From assembly GCA_050298595.1 (NCBI GenBank), contig JBNKUM010000102.1:1-38193 (forward strand): 38,193 nt of DNA, read 5' to 3'. Of this stretch, positions 37,177-38,193 are shown piece after piece; the first letter of the stretch is position 1; every line of letters begins with the position of its first letter. This DNA is from Gammaproteobacteria bacterium. GTDB taxonomy: Bacteria > Pseudomonadota > Gammaproteobacteria > GCA-001735895. Below the pieces are notes generated by a model that was given only the letters and a program-made list of their open reading frames with translations, ran no database searches and was not told the DNA's origin. The position numbers were made by a program, and so were the translations under genes.

Positions 37177-38025
37177 ATGACTTTTCCAGCGGAATTTAAA
37201 TACAAGTCTGAGGAAGAATTTACTCAAAGCCTAGTAGTTCCTTTGCTTACTAGATTGGGGTTTTCAGTTGTCTTAAATTATCATGGCACCATGGAATTTG
37301 GTAAAGATTTAATAGTTGGTGAATTCGATCGGTTTGCTCATGTGAGATATTATGGAATTCAAGTTAAGTACGAGTCATCCATTGGCTTGAGTAGTTCGCA
37401 TGATCTTATTAGGGATTGCGAGCAAGCATTTGTAAATCCGTTCTCTCATCCTCATACGGGTGAGAAACCTATGATTAATACGTTCTACGTAATAAATGGT
37501 GGTTCGATATCTGATCAAGCTAAGCAAAACTTCTTTTCTCATGTTAGGCCAAAATATGGTGATAATGCTCGCTTAATTGATGGGAAGTCATTAATGCAAC
37601 TCGATCACTCTATTGCCTCTATTAGTCTTCAGCAGGCAAAATCAATTTTAACTGGTCTTTTGTTAGAGCTCTAATTTAACAGCAAAATTATTCCACAGGT
37701 ATGCAGTTCACTTCAGAAAATGGTTGACGAAAACGGGCCGTTTCCAGTTCAACGAGTGAGCGCTCATGCAGTCTCTTCCTTTTTGCAGCAACCCCAGTCG
37801 TATTTATCTAGTGTGATTCCACTTTTTCAGCAATATTGGCAATTAGTTTCTATGTTTAATAATATTGTAGATTCAGTGGGCACACCTTTATCAGCTGGTG
37901 ATTACAAGCCAATGCGAGTTAAGGCAGCTTTGGGTGTTGGTGACTCTATTGTGGCGACTGGTGGTCAGCTACTAAAACATGTTGCTGTTCAGCTTAGTAA
38001 ACTGGGGCCATTAGTTTCACCATGA
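37177..38025 (+). pseudogene. PD-(D/E)xK (Mrr-like) nuclease-domain protein split by an in-frame TAA, cassette 4
   Basis: ORFs 37177-37674 and 37720-38025 share a frame and only TAA 37672-37674 separates them. Motif SEEEF...EFGKD...GIQVK. Confidence 0.7.
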
Positions 38026-38029
38026 AAAA

Positions 38030-38055
38030 GCCTAACAAATATCGGGGTCAGATCA
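38030..38055 (+). other. Left end of attC site 4, interrupted
   Basis: GCCTAAC (38030-38036) complements the cassette start GTTAGGC; it is followed by AAATATCGGGGTCAGATCA and then an IS end. Confidence 0.65.
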
Positions 38056-38193
38056 GAATGGCACTGACTTAAGCATTATCGTTGCTTTTTAGGATGTCCA
38101 TATTTTCGCACAATTTCTTTAGCCTGAATACGTGGCATAGTGAGCAGAGGAAAGGGTTTCGGCCTTCGTTTAACCGCTCGCGGTTCAATACGT
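38056..38193 (-). mobile_element. IS4-family insertion sequence, right end
   Basis: GAATGGCACTGACTTAAG (38056-38073) resembles the IS4 terminal repeat TAATGCCGATCAGTTAAG and lies just after a transposase-like stop codon. Confidence 0.8.
38076..38192 (-). CDS. IS4-family transposase C-terminus (partial)
   Basis: Manual translation RIEPRAVKRRPKPFPLLTMPRIQAKEIVRKYGHPKKQR*; EPRAVKRRPK is typical of IS4-family C-termini. Confidence 0.8.
   Translation of the reverse strand, partial: RIEPRAVKRRPKPFPLLTMPRIQAKEIVRKYGHPKKQR

Larger units (their letters stand above)
34494..38036 (+). mobile_element. Integron-type gene cassette array, four cassettes, no integrase in the window
   Basis: Each cassette starts with a GTT core and ends with its complement: GTTAGCAAC/GTTGCTAAC, GTTATGTTC/GAACATAAC, GTTATGT/ACATAAA, GTTAGGCT/AGCCTAAC. 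Genes are co-oriented, tightly packed and more AT-rich than the backbone. Confidence 0.9.

Noticed and set aside
22403-38025. In-frame stops at 22703 (TAG) and 37672 (TAA) as evidence of genetic-code reassignment
   Set aside because: The codons differ, and conserved genes end normally with TAG (nrdA, arsC) and TAA (proS, nrdB).
34453-38055. Intergenic palindromes as CRISPR repeats or simple terminators
   Set aside because: They differ in sequence, are separated by whole genes, and carry complementary AAC/GTT core sites typical of attC. No cas genes are present.

Overview
Chromosomal window of a Gammaproteobacterium. The Sox-associated genes, TauE and DsrE suggest a sulfur oxidiser (inference). 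Bases 1-34433 are mostly housekeeping and envelope genes: an RND pump with adaptor (truncated at the left edge), MIF-like tautomerase, proS, a lytic transglycosylase, a co-oriented tlpA/soxW-like/tolC/short adaptor/orphan GspE-PilB ATPase cluster, a SoxK-like-LysM lipoprotein, arsC-wrbA, hda, purMN, pmbA/yjgA, a TauE exporter, an ECF sigma/anti-sigma module with a large lipoprotein and a beta-barrel, class Ia nrdAB (NrdR boxes plus a phased DnaA-box array), a RidA-family gene and a dimeric dUTPase. From about 34450 an integron-type cassette array begins, with no integrase in view. It has an attI-like site and four cassettes: a Tlde1/Tldi1-like (DUF2778/DUF2195) toxin-immunity pair, a GNAT, a SIR2-like protein and a nonsense-interrupted PD-(D/E)xK nuclease. 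The cassette junctions are one canonical attC, one attC with perfectly paired arms, one short atypical hairpin, and one attC cut by an IS4-family element at the right edge. All family calls come from motif recognition by eye; no database searches were run.
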